From an uncultured Candidatus Peregrinibacteria bacterium (lineage in GTDB: Bacteria; Patescibacteriota; Gracilibacteria; Peribacterales; Peribacteraceae), in assembly GCA_903822115.1 (NCBI GenBank), contig CAIJNU010000040.1, positions 1 through 46,780 on the forward strand: a DNA stretch of 46,780 nt. Direction: 5' to 3'. The notes beneath the pieces were generated by a model that saw nothing but the letters and a program-made list of their open reading frames with translations, made no database searches and was not told the DNA's origin. This document shows positions 17,609 to 26,347 of the stretch, piece by piece (within the stretch, counting starts at the first letter, position 1; every line of letters begins with the position of its first letter). A program made the position numbers and the translations under genes.

Positions 17609-19033
17609 TCAGGAAATCTTCTTCATCAGGATCTCATTTACGATAGCAGGATTTGCCTGGCCCTTCGTCTCTTTCATCACCCATCCGACGATGGCGCCGA
17701 GTGCTGCGGTCTTGCCGGCTCTGTAGGATTCGATCGCTTTGGGATTTGCGGCGATGGCTTTTTCGACGAGAGCCTCGAGCGCGCCGGTGTCCGAAATTTG
17801 CTTCATCCCCTCCGCTTCGATGATCTCCGTCGCGGACTTCCCGGTTTTCACCATTTTCCCGAGCACGTCTTTGGCGGCGTTCGCGGAGATCGTTCCCTTA
17901 TCTACGGCGGACATCAGCTCGAGCAGGTGCGCCGTCGACGGCGCATCCGCGATGTCCTTTCCCTCCGACTTAAGGAACCCCTGAAGCTGTGTGAGGACAA
18001 GGCTCGCGGCGCGCTTGGCGTCTCCCATCTTCGCCAGAGCGTCGAAGCGGTCGCGCAGCGGAGATTGTTCCACGAGCATGAGCGCTTCCGCCTGCGATAG
18101 CCCCAGTGCGATGTACTTCTCCTTCAGCTTGGACGGGAGCTCGGGCAGAGATGAGCGGATCTTCTCAATCATTTCTTTCGAAAAGGAGAGCGGGGGGATA
18201 TCCGGTTCGGGAAAATAGCGGTAGTCATCGGCGGTCTCCTTGTCCCGAAGCATTCGCGTGCGGCCATCGTCGTCCATCCACCCGACGGTAATGTTTCCTT
18301 TGAGCGGTCCGCCCGATTCCGTCCACAGGTCGCGCAGTCGATTCTCCTCGTACGTGAGCGCGCGCTCGAGTGCGCGGAAGGAATTGAGGTTCTTGATTTC
18401 GCTCCTCGGATTGAGCGTCTTGGATCCTTTTTCTCTGAGCGAAATCGACGCGTCGAATCGCATCATGCCCTTGAACATGTCCGCATCACTCGCGCCGACA
18501 GCGATGAGGATGCGCCGCAGCTCCTCCGCGAACGCGACGGCCTCATCCGCGCTTCGCAGGTCCGGCTCCGTGACGATCTCCACGAGCGGCGTTCCGGCGC
18601 GGTTGTAGTCGCAGAGCGTGACGGCTCCGGCGTGCGAGAGCTTGCCGGCGTCGTTCTCCATGTGGAGGCGCGTGATGTCGCATGTCTTCTCCTTCCCTTC
18701 CATTTGGTACGTCACGGATCCCTTCGATGCGAGCGGGAAATCGTACTGGGAAATCTGGAATCCTGCCGGAAGGTCGGGATAGAAGTAGTGTTTGCGGTCG
18801 AAGTGGCTCTGGGGATTGATTTGGCATCCGATAGCGAGCGAGGCGGAGATCGCCTTCGAGATCGCTTCGGCGTTGGGGACGGGGAGCGTGCCGGGGTGTC
18901 CCATGCAGATCGGACACACGGTCGTATTCGCCTCCTTCTCGAACGCATCGTTGTCGCATCCGCAGAACATCTTCGTCTTCGTATTCATCTGCGCATGTAC
19001 TTCAAGCCCAATGATTGCCTCTAATTCCGGCAT
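17609..19033 (-). CDS. gatB: Asp/Glu-tRNA(Asn/Gln) amidotransferase subunit B
   Basis: IGLEVHAQMNTKTKMFCGC, CPICMGHPGTLPV and the C-terminal GatB/YqeY domain are present. The start is taken at the internal ATG (MPELEAIIGLEVH); the ORF track extends to 19069. Confidence 0.95.
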   Translation of the reverse strand: MPELEAIIGLEVHAQMNTKTKMFCGCDNDAFEKEANTTVCPICMGHPGTLPVPNAEAISKAISASLAIGCQINPQSHFDRKHYFYPDLPAGFQISQYDFPLASKGSVTYQMEGKEKTCDITRLHMENDAGKLSHAGAVTLCDYNRAGTPLVEIVTEPDLRSADEAVAFAEELRRILIAVGASDADMFKGMMRFDASISLREKGSKTLNPRSEIKNLNSFRALERALTYEENRLRDLWTESGGPLKGNITVGWMDDDGRTRMLRDKETADDYRYFPEPDIPPLSFSKEMIEKIRSSLPELPSKLKEKYIALGLSQAEALMLVEQSPLRDRFDALAKMGDAKRAASLVLTQLQGFLKSEGKDIADAPSTAHLLELMSAVDKGTISANAAKDVLGKMVKTGKSATEIIEAEGMKQISDTGALEALVEKAIAANPKAIESYRAGKTAALGAIVGWVMKETKGQANPAIVNEILMKKIS

Positions 19034-19072
19034 GGGGAGAGAGTAGCGTGCGGCGGGAGAGGGATGCAAACG

Positions 19073-19558
19073 TCAAATCGTCACGGTGTCCTTCCTTCTC
19101 ACATTGCGCGGGATGCTCTCGGCGTAGTCCACGATCAGCTTGCCGTCGAGGTGGTCGAGCTCGTGCTGCACGACGCGCGCGTTGAAATCCAGGAGGCGCT
19201 TCTCTTTCTTTTTCCCCTTTGCATCGCTGTAGGAGACGACGATCTCCGTGGCTCGCGGCACGGGTGTCCAAGATTCGGGCAGACTCAAGCATCCTTCCTC
19301 GCAGATCTCCGTCTCTTTGCCCCTCGAGAGGATTTCGGGATTGATGAGCGGCGTCACCTTGCCGTCGATCGTGGCGATGCAGACGCGGAATCCCACGCCG
19401 ATCTGCGGTGCGGCGAGTCCCACTCCCTTCGCATGCTCCATCGTCTCGCGCATGTCCCGAAGCAGTCTCTGTAAATCTTTGGTGAAGCGCTCGAGGGGCT
19501 TTGCGGGTGTGCGTAGGATCGGATTGTCGTCGCCGGTCAGGATGGGCAGAACCGCCAT
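19073..19558 (-). CDS. def: Peptide deformylase
   Basis: All three PDF motifs are present: GVGLAAPQIG, EGCLSLP and HELDHLDG. Confidence 0.95.
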   Translation of the reverse strand: MAVLPILTGDDNPILRTPAKPLERFTKDLQRLLRDMRETMEHAKGVGLAAPQIGVGFRVCIATIDGKVTPLINPEILSRGKETEICEEGCLSLPESWTPVPRATEIVVSYSDAKGKKKEKRLLDFNARVVQHELDHLDGKLIVDYAESIPRNVRRKDTVTI

Positions 19559-19639
19559 TGGAGGCTATTGTACTGTTTTTTCATCCCCAGTCACGATTGT
19601 ATATAGAAAGAAATGCATTATTCTCAGCAGAAATCTCTT

Positions 19640-19670
19640 GTCCTTCTTTCTCAAGGCGAGAAAGAAGGAC
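19640..19670. other. Perfect 13-bp polypyrimidine/polypurine hairpin in the 272-nt lower-GC intergenic region
   Basis: The sequence is GTCCTTCTTTCTC-AAGGC-GAGAAAGAAGGAC. It lies between the DnaQ-like stop and the def start. A related hairpin is at 40501..40533. Confidence 0.8.
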
Positions 19671-19830
19671 GAAGAAAGCGCTCCGCGCACCAATGCTAAC
19701 GTCATTCCATCCAGAATGAAGGATATTCCATTTCTCGATGAATACCATTCGGTGCTATTCCACCCCGTGGTGCGCGGCTCCGACCGGTGGGGGTATGTGT
19801 CGTATTCTTGATACAAAAGAAAATGTCACA

Positions 19831-20412
19831 TCACGCGACGAGTTGCCTAATAGACGCGAGCTTTCGCAATTTCTCGATCGAGTCGATCTTTCCTTCCTGC
19901 AGCATCTTCCGGAGCGCTTGAGCCGCGAGCACGGCGTCCGAAAGCGCGCGGTGGCGCAGGTTCGCAGCGGGAAGGTTGAACTTGCGCGAGAGGACGTCGA
20001 GATTGTGGCGGAATTCCCGCGGGTAGAGACCCTGGCTGAGTCGCATCGTGCAGAGCACCTCCGGCAGATCCACGTATCCCCAACAGTACTCTTTCTCCGT
20101 CTCGAGGAATCCCAGATCGAAGGCGGCGTTGTGCGCGATGAGGACCGTACCCTTGGCGAATTCCAGGAACTGGGGGAGGACGGCCTCGATCGTCGGCGCG
20201 CCTCGCACGTCTTCGTCGCTGATATGATTGATCCGCTTCGCCTCGGGTGGAATGTCGCGGTTGGGATTCACGAACATGGCGAAATTCGTCTCTTCAAGAA
20301 TCATGCCGTTCTCCACTCGCACGCCGGCGATCTCGATGATGCGATGCCCCCTCTTGGGATCGAGGCCCGTCGTCTCCAAATCAAAAACGGTCAGGGGGGG
20401 AATCGGCGTCAT
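19831..20412 (-). CDS. DnaQ-like 3'-5' exonuclease (DNA polymerase III epsilon family)
   Basis: The Exo I (FDLETTGLDP), Exo II (IAHNAAFDLGFL) and Exo III (HRALSDAVL) motifs are present. The start is taken at the internal ATG (MTPIPPLTVFDLE); the ORF track extends to 20490. Confidence 0.85.
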   Translation of the reverse strand: MTPIPPLTVFDLETTGLDPKRGHRIIEIAGVRVENGMILEETNFAMFVNPNRDIPPEAKRINHISDEDVRGAPTIEAVLPQFLEFAKGTVLIAHNAAFDLGFLETEKEYCWGYVDLPEVLCTMRLSQGLYPREFRHNLDVLSRKFNLPAANLRHRALSDAVLAAQALRKMLQEGKIDSIEKLRKLASIRQLVA

Positions 20413-20510
20413 GGGGAGGTCACTATAGCGGAGGAACGATCCTCGGCGAGCGAGTTTACTTGTCATCTTGGGATGCTGACGGGATGGCATTCCCGGTTCA
20501 TACTCTGCTT

Positions 20511-21182
20511 ATGCCCATGCGAAGAAGCGTCCCCGTAGCAACGGTCTTGCGGAAGCTCGAGGAGCTCTACGATCCTCCACGCTCCTTTCTGACATTCCGC
20601 ACGCCGCTCCAATTGCTCGTTGCCACACTCCTTTCCGCGCGTTGCACCGACGTGCAGGTCAATCGCGTAACGCCTGCCCTCTTCGCCAAGTATCGCTTCG
20701 CAAAATCATTCGCGGCGGCTTCGCAGCGTGATCTCGAACGCATGATTCATTCCTGCGGTACGTTTCGCGTGAAGGCGAAGAACATTCGCTTACTCTGCAA
20801 AATTCTCGTGGAGAAATTCGACGGTGACGTCCCGCAGACGATGGAGGAATTGACGGCGCTGCCGGGCGTCGGCCGCAAGACGGCCGCTATCGTCCTGTAC
20901 GGCGTTTTTGGAAAGAACGACGGCATTGCGGTGGACACGCACGTGCAGCGGCTTGCCTTGCGACTGGGCCTGACCACGAAGCGAACGGCGGACAAGATTG
21001 CGCTCGATCTGCAGCGGCAGGTGCCCCGAGCGAAATGGGGGAGGATCAATGCGTTGATGATCAGCCACGGTCGCGTTGTGTGCACATCGAGGAATCGCAA
21101 ATGTGATCAGTGCATATTTGATCGCCATTGCCCTTCCTCTCTCCTTCGGGGATACCGAGATCTCTCCGAGAAATGCCACTGA
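20511..21182 (+). CDS. nth: Endonuclease III
   Basis: It has the HhH-GPD motif (LTALPGVGRKTAAIVL...GIAVDTHV) and a C-terminal 4Fe-4S cluster loop, C-x6-C-x2-C-x5-C (CTSRNRKCDQCIFDRHC). The start is uncertain (20460, 20484, 20511 or 20517). Confidence 0.9.
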   Translation: MPMRRSVPVATVLRKLEELYDPPRSFLTFRTPLQLLVATLLSARCTDVQVNRVTPALFAKYRFAKSFAAASQRDLERMIHSCGTFRVKAKNIRLLCKILVEKFDGDVPQTMEELTALPGVGRKTAAIVLYGVFGKNDGIAVDTHVQRLALRLGLTTKRTADKIALDLQRQVPRAKWGRINALMISHGRVVCTSRNRKCDQCIFDRHCPSSLLRGYRDLSEKCH

Positions 21183-22540
21183 TCTCTTCCGCTTCGTACG
21201 AGGATCGGATTGAGGACGAGGGTGGCCGGAACGGGAATCGATACGGTGGTGCCGACCGAAGAGGGATGCGCATCTTGTGGGTAGGCGAGGTTTCCGTGCT
21301 CTCCGATATCCACGCCTTGAACTTCCGATGCCTCACTCACGCGCAAGCCCACGAGCGCTTTCACGATCAGCCAGCAGATCGAGGAACCGACGACCGTGAA
21401 GGCGCCAACGGCGGCGACACCGATCATTTGGCTCCAGAGCAATCCCGTGCCCCCTCCATAGAGGAGGCCGTTGAGCGTTCCCACGGATCCTGCCTTCGTT
21501 GCGAAGATGCCGACGGCGAGCGTTCCCCAGATGCCGTTCACCAAGTGAACGGAGAGCGCGCCGACGGGATCGTCGACGCGGAGACGCTCGATGAGCGGGC
21601 CGGAGAAGTAGCAGAGTGCACCGGCGATGACACCGATGAGCAGAGCGCCGGTCGGCGAGACGGCGTTGCAACCGGCCGTGATGGCGACGAGGCCGGCGAG
21701 CGTGCCGTTGAGGATCGCTCCGATGTCCGTTTTCTTCGTGCGGAGAAGGGAGATGATGAGCGCCGACGCCAACCCCGCCGATCCCGCGATCATGGTCGTC
21801 ATCGTGATGTGCGCGATGGCCCCGCCATCCGCTGCTAGGGTGCTTCCGGGATTGAAGCCGAACCAGCCGAGCCACAGGATGAGCGTGCCGAGGGTTGCGA
21901 GCGACATGTTGTGGCCGGTGATCGTGACGGGCTTCCCCTGCTCATCGTACTTTCCCTTTCTCGCTCCGAGCAGGATCGCGCCCGTGAGCGCCGCCCATCC
22001 GCCGACGCTGTGGACGACCGTCGATCCCGCGAAATCCTGGAAGGGGATGGCGAGAGTCGAGAGGAAGCCCCCTCCCCATGCCCAGTGCCCTGTCACGGGG
22101 TAGAGGAAGAGAACCATGAGGATCGAGAAGAGCATGTAGGCGGAGAATTTCATGCGCTCGACGACGATGCCGGAGACGATCGTGATGGCGGTGTCGGCGA
22201 AGACGAGTTCGAAGAAGAACTTCGCCGCAAGCGGGACGCTCGCCCACTCTAGGGACTTGAAGAATGGAGACGCCCCGACGAACGTCGGGAACAGTCCGTT
22301 CAATCCGACGAATGGCGTTCCATTGCCGAACATCAGCCCGAATCCCGCCGCCCAGAAGGCGAGTGTCGAAACCGCGACCACCGCGTAGTTCATCGCGAGC
22401 ACATTCACGGCGTTCTTCGCGCGGCTGAAGCCGGTTTCGAGGAGAGCGAAGCCCGCGCACATGAAGAACACGAGGCAACCGGTGAAGAGCACCCAGACGG
22501 TGTCGAGGTTCGATTTCAGGAGATCGAGCGTGAGCGGCAT
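21107..22540 (-). CDS. amt: Ammonium transporter
   Basis: CAGFALLETGF, FAGSTVVHSVGGWAALTGAILLG, GWFGFNPGS and about 11 TM segments are present. A ~50-aa C-terminal tail overlaps the 3' end of nth by 76 nt. Confidence 0.9.
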   Translation of the reverse strand: MPLTLDLLKSNLDTVWVLFTGCLVFFMCAGFALLETGFSRAKNAVNVLAMNYAVVAVSTLAFWAAGFGLMFGNGTPFVGLNGLFPTFVGASPFFKSLEWASVPLAAKFFFELVFADTAITIVSGIVVERMKFSAYMLFSILMVLFLYPVTGHWAWGGGFLSTLAIPFQDFAGSTVVHSVGGWAALTGAILLGARKGKYDEQGKPVTITGHNMSLATLGTLILWLGWFGFNPGSTLAADGGAIAHITMTTMIAGSAGLASALIISLLRTKKTDIGAILNGTLAGLVAITAGCNAVSPTGALLIGVIAGALCYFSGPLIERLRVDDPVGALSVHLVNGIWGTLAVGIFATKAGSVGTLNGLLYGGGTGLLWSQMIGVAAVGAFTVVGSSICWLIVKALVGLRVSEASEVQGVDIGEHGNLAYPQDAHPSSVGTTVSIPVPATLVLNPILVRSGRDQWHFSERSRYPRRREEGQWRSNMH

Positions 22541-22567
22541 GAGGAGGAGTGGAAAAAGTAAAGTGGA

Positions 22568-24061
22568 TTACAGATCGAAGTATCGGAAGAATTCCGACGG
22601 TGTGGGACGCATGGATTCTTCCGCGACCTCCGCGCGCTTCCTCTCGATGTAGGAGGCGATAAATTCCTCGGAGAAGACGCCGCTCGTCGTGAGGAATCCG
22701 TGATCCTTCTCGAGCGCATCCAGTGCTTCGCCCAGAGATCCGGGAGCGTGGGCGATCGTCGCGAGTTCGGCGGCAGTCATGTGGTACAGGTTTCCGTCCG
22801 TGTGCTTCCCCGGCGAGATGCCCTTCTCAATGCCGTCCATGCCGGCCAAGAGGAGCGCCGCGAAGGCGAGGTACGGATTGCAGACGGGGTCGGGCATGCG
22901 GAATTCGACGCGTTTCGCCTTCGGATTTTGTGAGTACATCGGGATGCGGATTGCCGCCGAGCGGTTGCGCGCCGAGTAGATAAGATTCACCGGCGCCTCG
23001 AATCCCGGTACGAGGCGTTTGTAGCTGTTCGTCGTCGGGTTGCAGATCGCAGCGAGCGCCGGAGCATGCTTGAGGAGCCCCCCGACGTAGTGCAGAGCCA
23101 TGTCGCTCAATCCGGCGTAGCCATTTCCGGCGAAGAGCGGCTTGCCTCCTTTCCAGAGGCTCTGGTGGACGTGCATCCCCGATCCGTTGTCTCCCCAGAG
23201 CGGCTTGGGCATGAACGTCGCCGTCTTCCCGTGCCTGCGCGCGACATTGCGGACGATGTACTTGTAGCGAATGAGCTTGTCCGCCATGGTCAGCATCTCG
23301 TCACGTTCCATGTCGATCTCCGCCTGTCCCGCCGTTGCCACTTCGTGGTGGTGCGTCTCGATCTTGATGCCTGCTCGCTCCATCTCGCGCACCATGTCCG
23401 CGCGAATATCCTGCTGTGTGTCCATCGGTGACGCGGGGAAGTACCCCTCCTTGTGGCGGATCTTGTAACCGAGGTTGTGCTCCGTTCCCGAGTTCCAGAT
23501 TCCTTCCTCGGAATCGACGACGTAGGAGGCATGGTTGCTTCCGTGCTTGTAGCTCACCGAGTCGAAGATGAAGAACTCCGCCTCCGGTCCGAAGTATGCC
23601 GTGTCCGCGACTCCGCTCTTCTCCAGATATGTGACGGCACGCTTGGCGATCGTGCGAGGAGAGTGGTCGTAGAGATTGCCCGAGACGGGGTCGGTGACGT
23701 CGCAGAGCAGGGCGACGGTCGGTTCGGAGGCGAATCCGTCGAGGATGGCGGTCTTCGGTTCCGGACGCAGCAGCATGTCGGATTCCTGGATTTCCTTGAA
23801 GCCGCGGATGCTGCTCCCGTCGAAGCCCGCTCCACCCGTCAGCACATCCGCAAGTTCGTGGACGGGCTTACTGGTGTGCTGGAGCGTTCCCGGAACATCC
23901 ACGAATGTGAAATCCACCATGGTCGCTTGCATCGTTTTCGCGAAGTTCAGGACATCGTTGGCAGAGGAGAGTGCCGGGGTGAACGACAGATCCGGTCCAT
24001 CGAATACTGGTCTGAGCAACTCGGCGCGGAGATCAAGCGGGGCGGAACTCACGGGATTCAT
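22568..24061 (-). CDS. glnA: Glutamine synthetase, type I
   Basis: FMPKPLWGDNGSGMHVHQSLW, NSYKRLVPGFEAP, RIPMYS...RVEFRMPD and NPYLAFAALLLAG are present. The start is taken at the internal ATG (MNPVSS...); the ORF track extends to 24109. Confidence 0.95.
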   Translation of the reverse strand: MNPVSSAPLDLRAELLRPVFDGPDLSFTPALSSANDVLNFAKTMQATMVDFTFVDVPGTLQHTSKPVHELADVLTGGAGFDGSSIRGFKEIQESDMLLRPEPKTAILDGFASEPTVALLCDVTDPVSGNLYDHSPRTIAKRAVTYLEKSGVADTAYFGPEAEFFIFDSVSYKHGSNHASYVVDSEEGIWNSGTEHNLGYKIRHKEGYFPASPMDTQQDIRADMVREMERAGIKIETHHHEVATAGQAEIDMERDEMLTMADKLIRYKYIVRNVARRHGKTATFMPKPLWGDNGSGMHVHQSLWKGGKPLFAGNGYAGLSDMALHYVGGLLKHAPALAAICNPTTNSYKRLVPGFEAPVNLIYSARNRSAAIRIPMYSQNPKAKRVEFRMPDPVCNPYLAFAALLLAGMDGIEKGISPGKHTDGNLYHMTAAELATIAHAPGSLGEALDALEKDHGFLTTSGVFSEEFIASYIERKRAEVAEESMRPTPSEFFRYFDL

Positions 24062-24242
24062 GAATGGGGGAGGAAAGAATGTGTCGTTTGTACTCCGCGA
24101 AATTCGCATTGCAAGAACCGAATCTCAGCACAACGCCTTTGTTCTCCTGTAGGACTATTGAACAGTCTTTGAGGTTTTAATCTTCAGGAAGGCCAGCACG
24201 GCCAAAACAGTGTCGGGTGTTTTTCCCTGAGAAAATTTACTG

Positions 24243-24272
24243 TTGTAAAAAATAATAACAACTTGATATGAT
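24243..24272 (+). promoter_or_regulatory. Candidate promoter of the TrmB-like gene (TTGTAA - 18 nt - TATGAT, 9 nt before ATG)
   Basis: These hexamers were read from the sequence in an AT-rich divergent intergenic region. The assignment rests on pattern only. Confidence 0.35.
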
Positions 24273-24281
24273 GCAATCGCT

Positions 24282-25034
24282 ATGGCGAAAGACCTCTTCT
24301 CCGTTCTCCGAGGCATCGGTCTCGATGACAAGGAATCGCAACTCTATTTGAGCGGCCTCCACCTCGGATCCGCCCCCGCGTCGGAGTATGCGAAAGCCTC
24401 CGGTCTCAATCGCATCACGTCCTACAACACGCTCGAGGGCATGGTGCGAAAGGGGCACTTCACCATGGTGAAGAAGATGCGCGCCAAGTGGTATGCGCCC
24501 GTCGCTCCGGAATATCTGGCACTCGAAGCGCGCAAGCACGTCGATACACTCGAGAAGACTGTTCCCGAACTTCGTTCTCTGCGGAAAGCAAAGGAGCGCA
24601 AGCCGTCCGTTCGTTTCTTCGAAGGATGGGAGGGCGTGCGCCACGTCTACGAAGACACGCTCACGTCCAAGACGGAGATCATCAACTTCGCGAACTCCGC
24701 CGTCGTGCGACGCTTCTGGCCCAACTACGATCTCGAGTACGTTGCGGAGCGTGTGAAGCACGGCATACGGCTCCGCGGGATCGCTCCCGATGACGAGGCG
24801 GGTCGGCGGGTGCATGGCGAAGACCGCGCGTCGCTGCGAGAAATCCGGCTCGTCTCCGGGAAAGATTTCGATTTTCGAAACGAGATTAACGTCTACGAAG
24901 ACAAAGTCGCCATCTGTTCTTTCGGCTCGCCAAAGGACATGTTCGCCGTGATTATCGAGAGCAAAGAGGTGGCGGAAACGCAGCGACAGATTTTCGAGAT
25001 GGCATGGAGATTTGCCGGAAGGAAAGGGACGTAG
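24282..25034 (+). CDS. TrmB-family transcriptional regulator
   Basis: The N-terminal winged HTH LRGIGLDDKESQLYLSGLHLGSAPASEYAKASGLNRITSYNTLEGMVRKG is typical of TrmB-like regulators. The stop codon is TAG. Confidence 0.75.
   Translation: MAKDLFSVLRGIGLDDKESQLYLSGLHLGSAPASEYAKASGLNRITSYNTLEGMVRKGHFTMVKKMRAKWYAPVAPEYLALEARKHVDTLEKTVPELRSLRKAKERKPSVRFFEGWEGVRHVYEDTLTSKTEIINFANSAVVRRFWPNYDLEYVAERVKHGIRLRGIAPDDEAGRRVHGEDRASLREIRLVSGKDFDFRNEINVYEDKVAICSFGSPKDMFAVIIESKEVAETQRQIFEMAWRFAGRKGT
24969..25019 (+). repeat. 51-bp direct repeat, copy 1 (3' end of the TrmB-like gene)
   Basis: GTGGCGGAAACGCAGCGACAGATTTTCGAGATGGCATGGAGATTTGCCGGA differs from 26897..26947 at 5 of 51 positions. Confidence 0.9.
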
Positions 25035-25076
25035 AAATATTGGTCATCGCAAACGAGATAGTCATGTATATGCAGA

Positions 25077-25105
25077 TTGACTTTACAGTAAAAATAGAGT
25101 ACAAT
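25077..25105 (+). promoter_or_regulatory. Near-consensus sigma-70-type promoter (TTGACT - 17 nt - TACAAT)
   Basis: The -35 TTGACT is at 25077..25082, followed by a 17-nt spacer and the -10 TACAAT at 25100..25105, 25 nt upstream of the ATG at 25131. Confidence 0.6.
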
Positions 25106-25130
25106 TTCAATAATTTCCCACAAACAACAG

Positions 25131-26135
25131 ATGGATACGCCACCAAAAAATCCGATAGAAGTGAATTCCAAACTGTCACCAGTAGGCAGACAATGTGATC
25201 TCACGATCGAATCTGAGGCATTTAAGGCGGAAAGTATTGGTGATATGAGAGAAGCTTCAAGGATGAAAGCTGTGAAAGCAGCATTAGTACGACTGAATCA
25301 ACCAGAACTTCAAAAGATGCATCGTGCTGTTGAGCTAGTGAAACAAAAATTTTTCAACGCAGATTCGTGGCAGCATTTACAGAGTCTATTGAATATAGTC
25401 GAAGGAATGTCGACTGTTGGTTTGAAAGGCACAGACGGAACATTCAATCAGGCAATGCTCCCGGAACTCGTTACTTCAACTTTCAATACGACGAATTCAC
25501 TCGTGAAATCTTTGAGGACACTCGGTGAAACGCAAGATTTGCAAGTCGCACAAGTTGCACTAGAAGATGCGATCGATGCATGCGATTCCGCCCTGGAAAT
25601 CTATTCCATCGAAGATGCCAGCGGCGCCTCTGCCACGAAAGCCTCTACTGGATTGCAGAATCACACACTTGCACCCATTCATGGCTCCGCATTAACCGCT
25701 CTCGCTTCGGATCATTTTACGGCGCAGCGAAGGGGTGATGAAACAAGGGCGCATGAGTTGCAAACGCTGCATCTCAATATCGCAGAGATTAATGGGGGGC
25801 AAGTAACAAAGTTGTCTCAAGCATTGGAATCGGCGCTTCGGCAGCTCAATGGATCTGCAGATTCTCCAGAACATCTTCAGAATATGCTGGGTGCAGTGGA
25901 GAGCGTGGTGAGTAATCCGTTTGAAGATACGACCATGCTCCCATCAGTTGGACGCTCTGTGGGAGAGTGGAACAGGGCCATGCTTCCGAGTGTTATAACG
26001 AACGCTTGCAGACTGACCACACGATTCGTTCAGGTATTGAAGCAGCGCGGCGATCATCAAGATGCGAGTGAGTCTATTTGGGAGCTTGAGACTGCACTAC
26101 AATCGTGTATTGAAGCCGTAGAACTGCATCAATAA
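25131..26135 (+). CDS. Hypothetical all-helical protein with an internal ~105-aa duplication (orphan, low GC)
   Basis: It is an ATG-initiated 334-aa ORF in the most AT-rich part of the window. The two halves align (HLQSLLNIVEG...NQAMLPELVTS...ALEDAIDACDSALEIY versus HLQNMLGAVES...NRAMLPSVITN...ELETALQSCIEAVELH). It has no signal peptide, TM segment or known motif. Confidence 0.65.
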   Translation: MDTPPKNPIEVNSKLSPVGRQCDLTIESEAFKAESIGDMREASRMKAVKAALVRLNQPELQKMHRAVELVKQKFFNADSWQHLQSLLNIVEGMSTVGLKGTDGTFNQAMLPELVTSTFNTTNSLVKSLRTLGETQDLQVAQVALEDAIDACDSALEIYSIEDASGASATKASTGLQNHTLAPIHGSALTALASDHFTAQRRGDETRAHELQTLHLNIAEINGGQVTKLSQALESALRQLNGSADSPEHLQNMLGAVESVVSNPFEDTTMLPSVGRSVGEWNRAMLPSVITNACRLTTRFVQVLKQRGDHQDASESIWELETALQSCIEAVELHQ

Positions 26136-26347
26136 TCGTATTTTCTGAGGAGGCGAGGCAGATGCATCTCATCATTCCTTCAAGTGTCCGGTATGTCCCA
26201 TCGCATATTGGGGAAATTTCTGGTACACTATTTCGAACGCTTGGATGGATCCGAGCGAAACAACACACATCACATTCCGCAACACCTTCTCCATGGCAAC
26301 ACAAGATCACGTTCGGGTCACAGTGCGCTGTGACGCATGCGATGTGA

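Noticed and set aside
26162-26347. A 61-aa ORF ending ATG-TGA in the same frame as the chimeric fragment, raising the possibility of TGA read-through joining the two.
   Set aside because: The upstream peptide has no similarity to the N-terminus of the paralogous gene at 27048. TGA is used as a normal stop elsewhere, so the shared frame looks coincidental.
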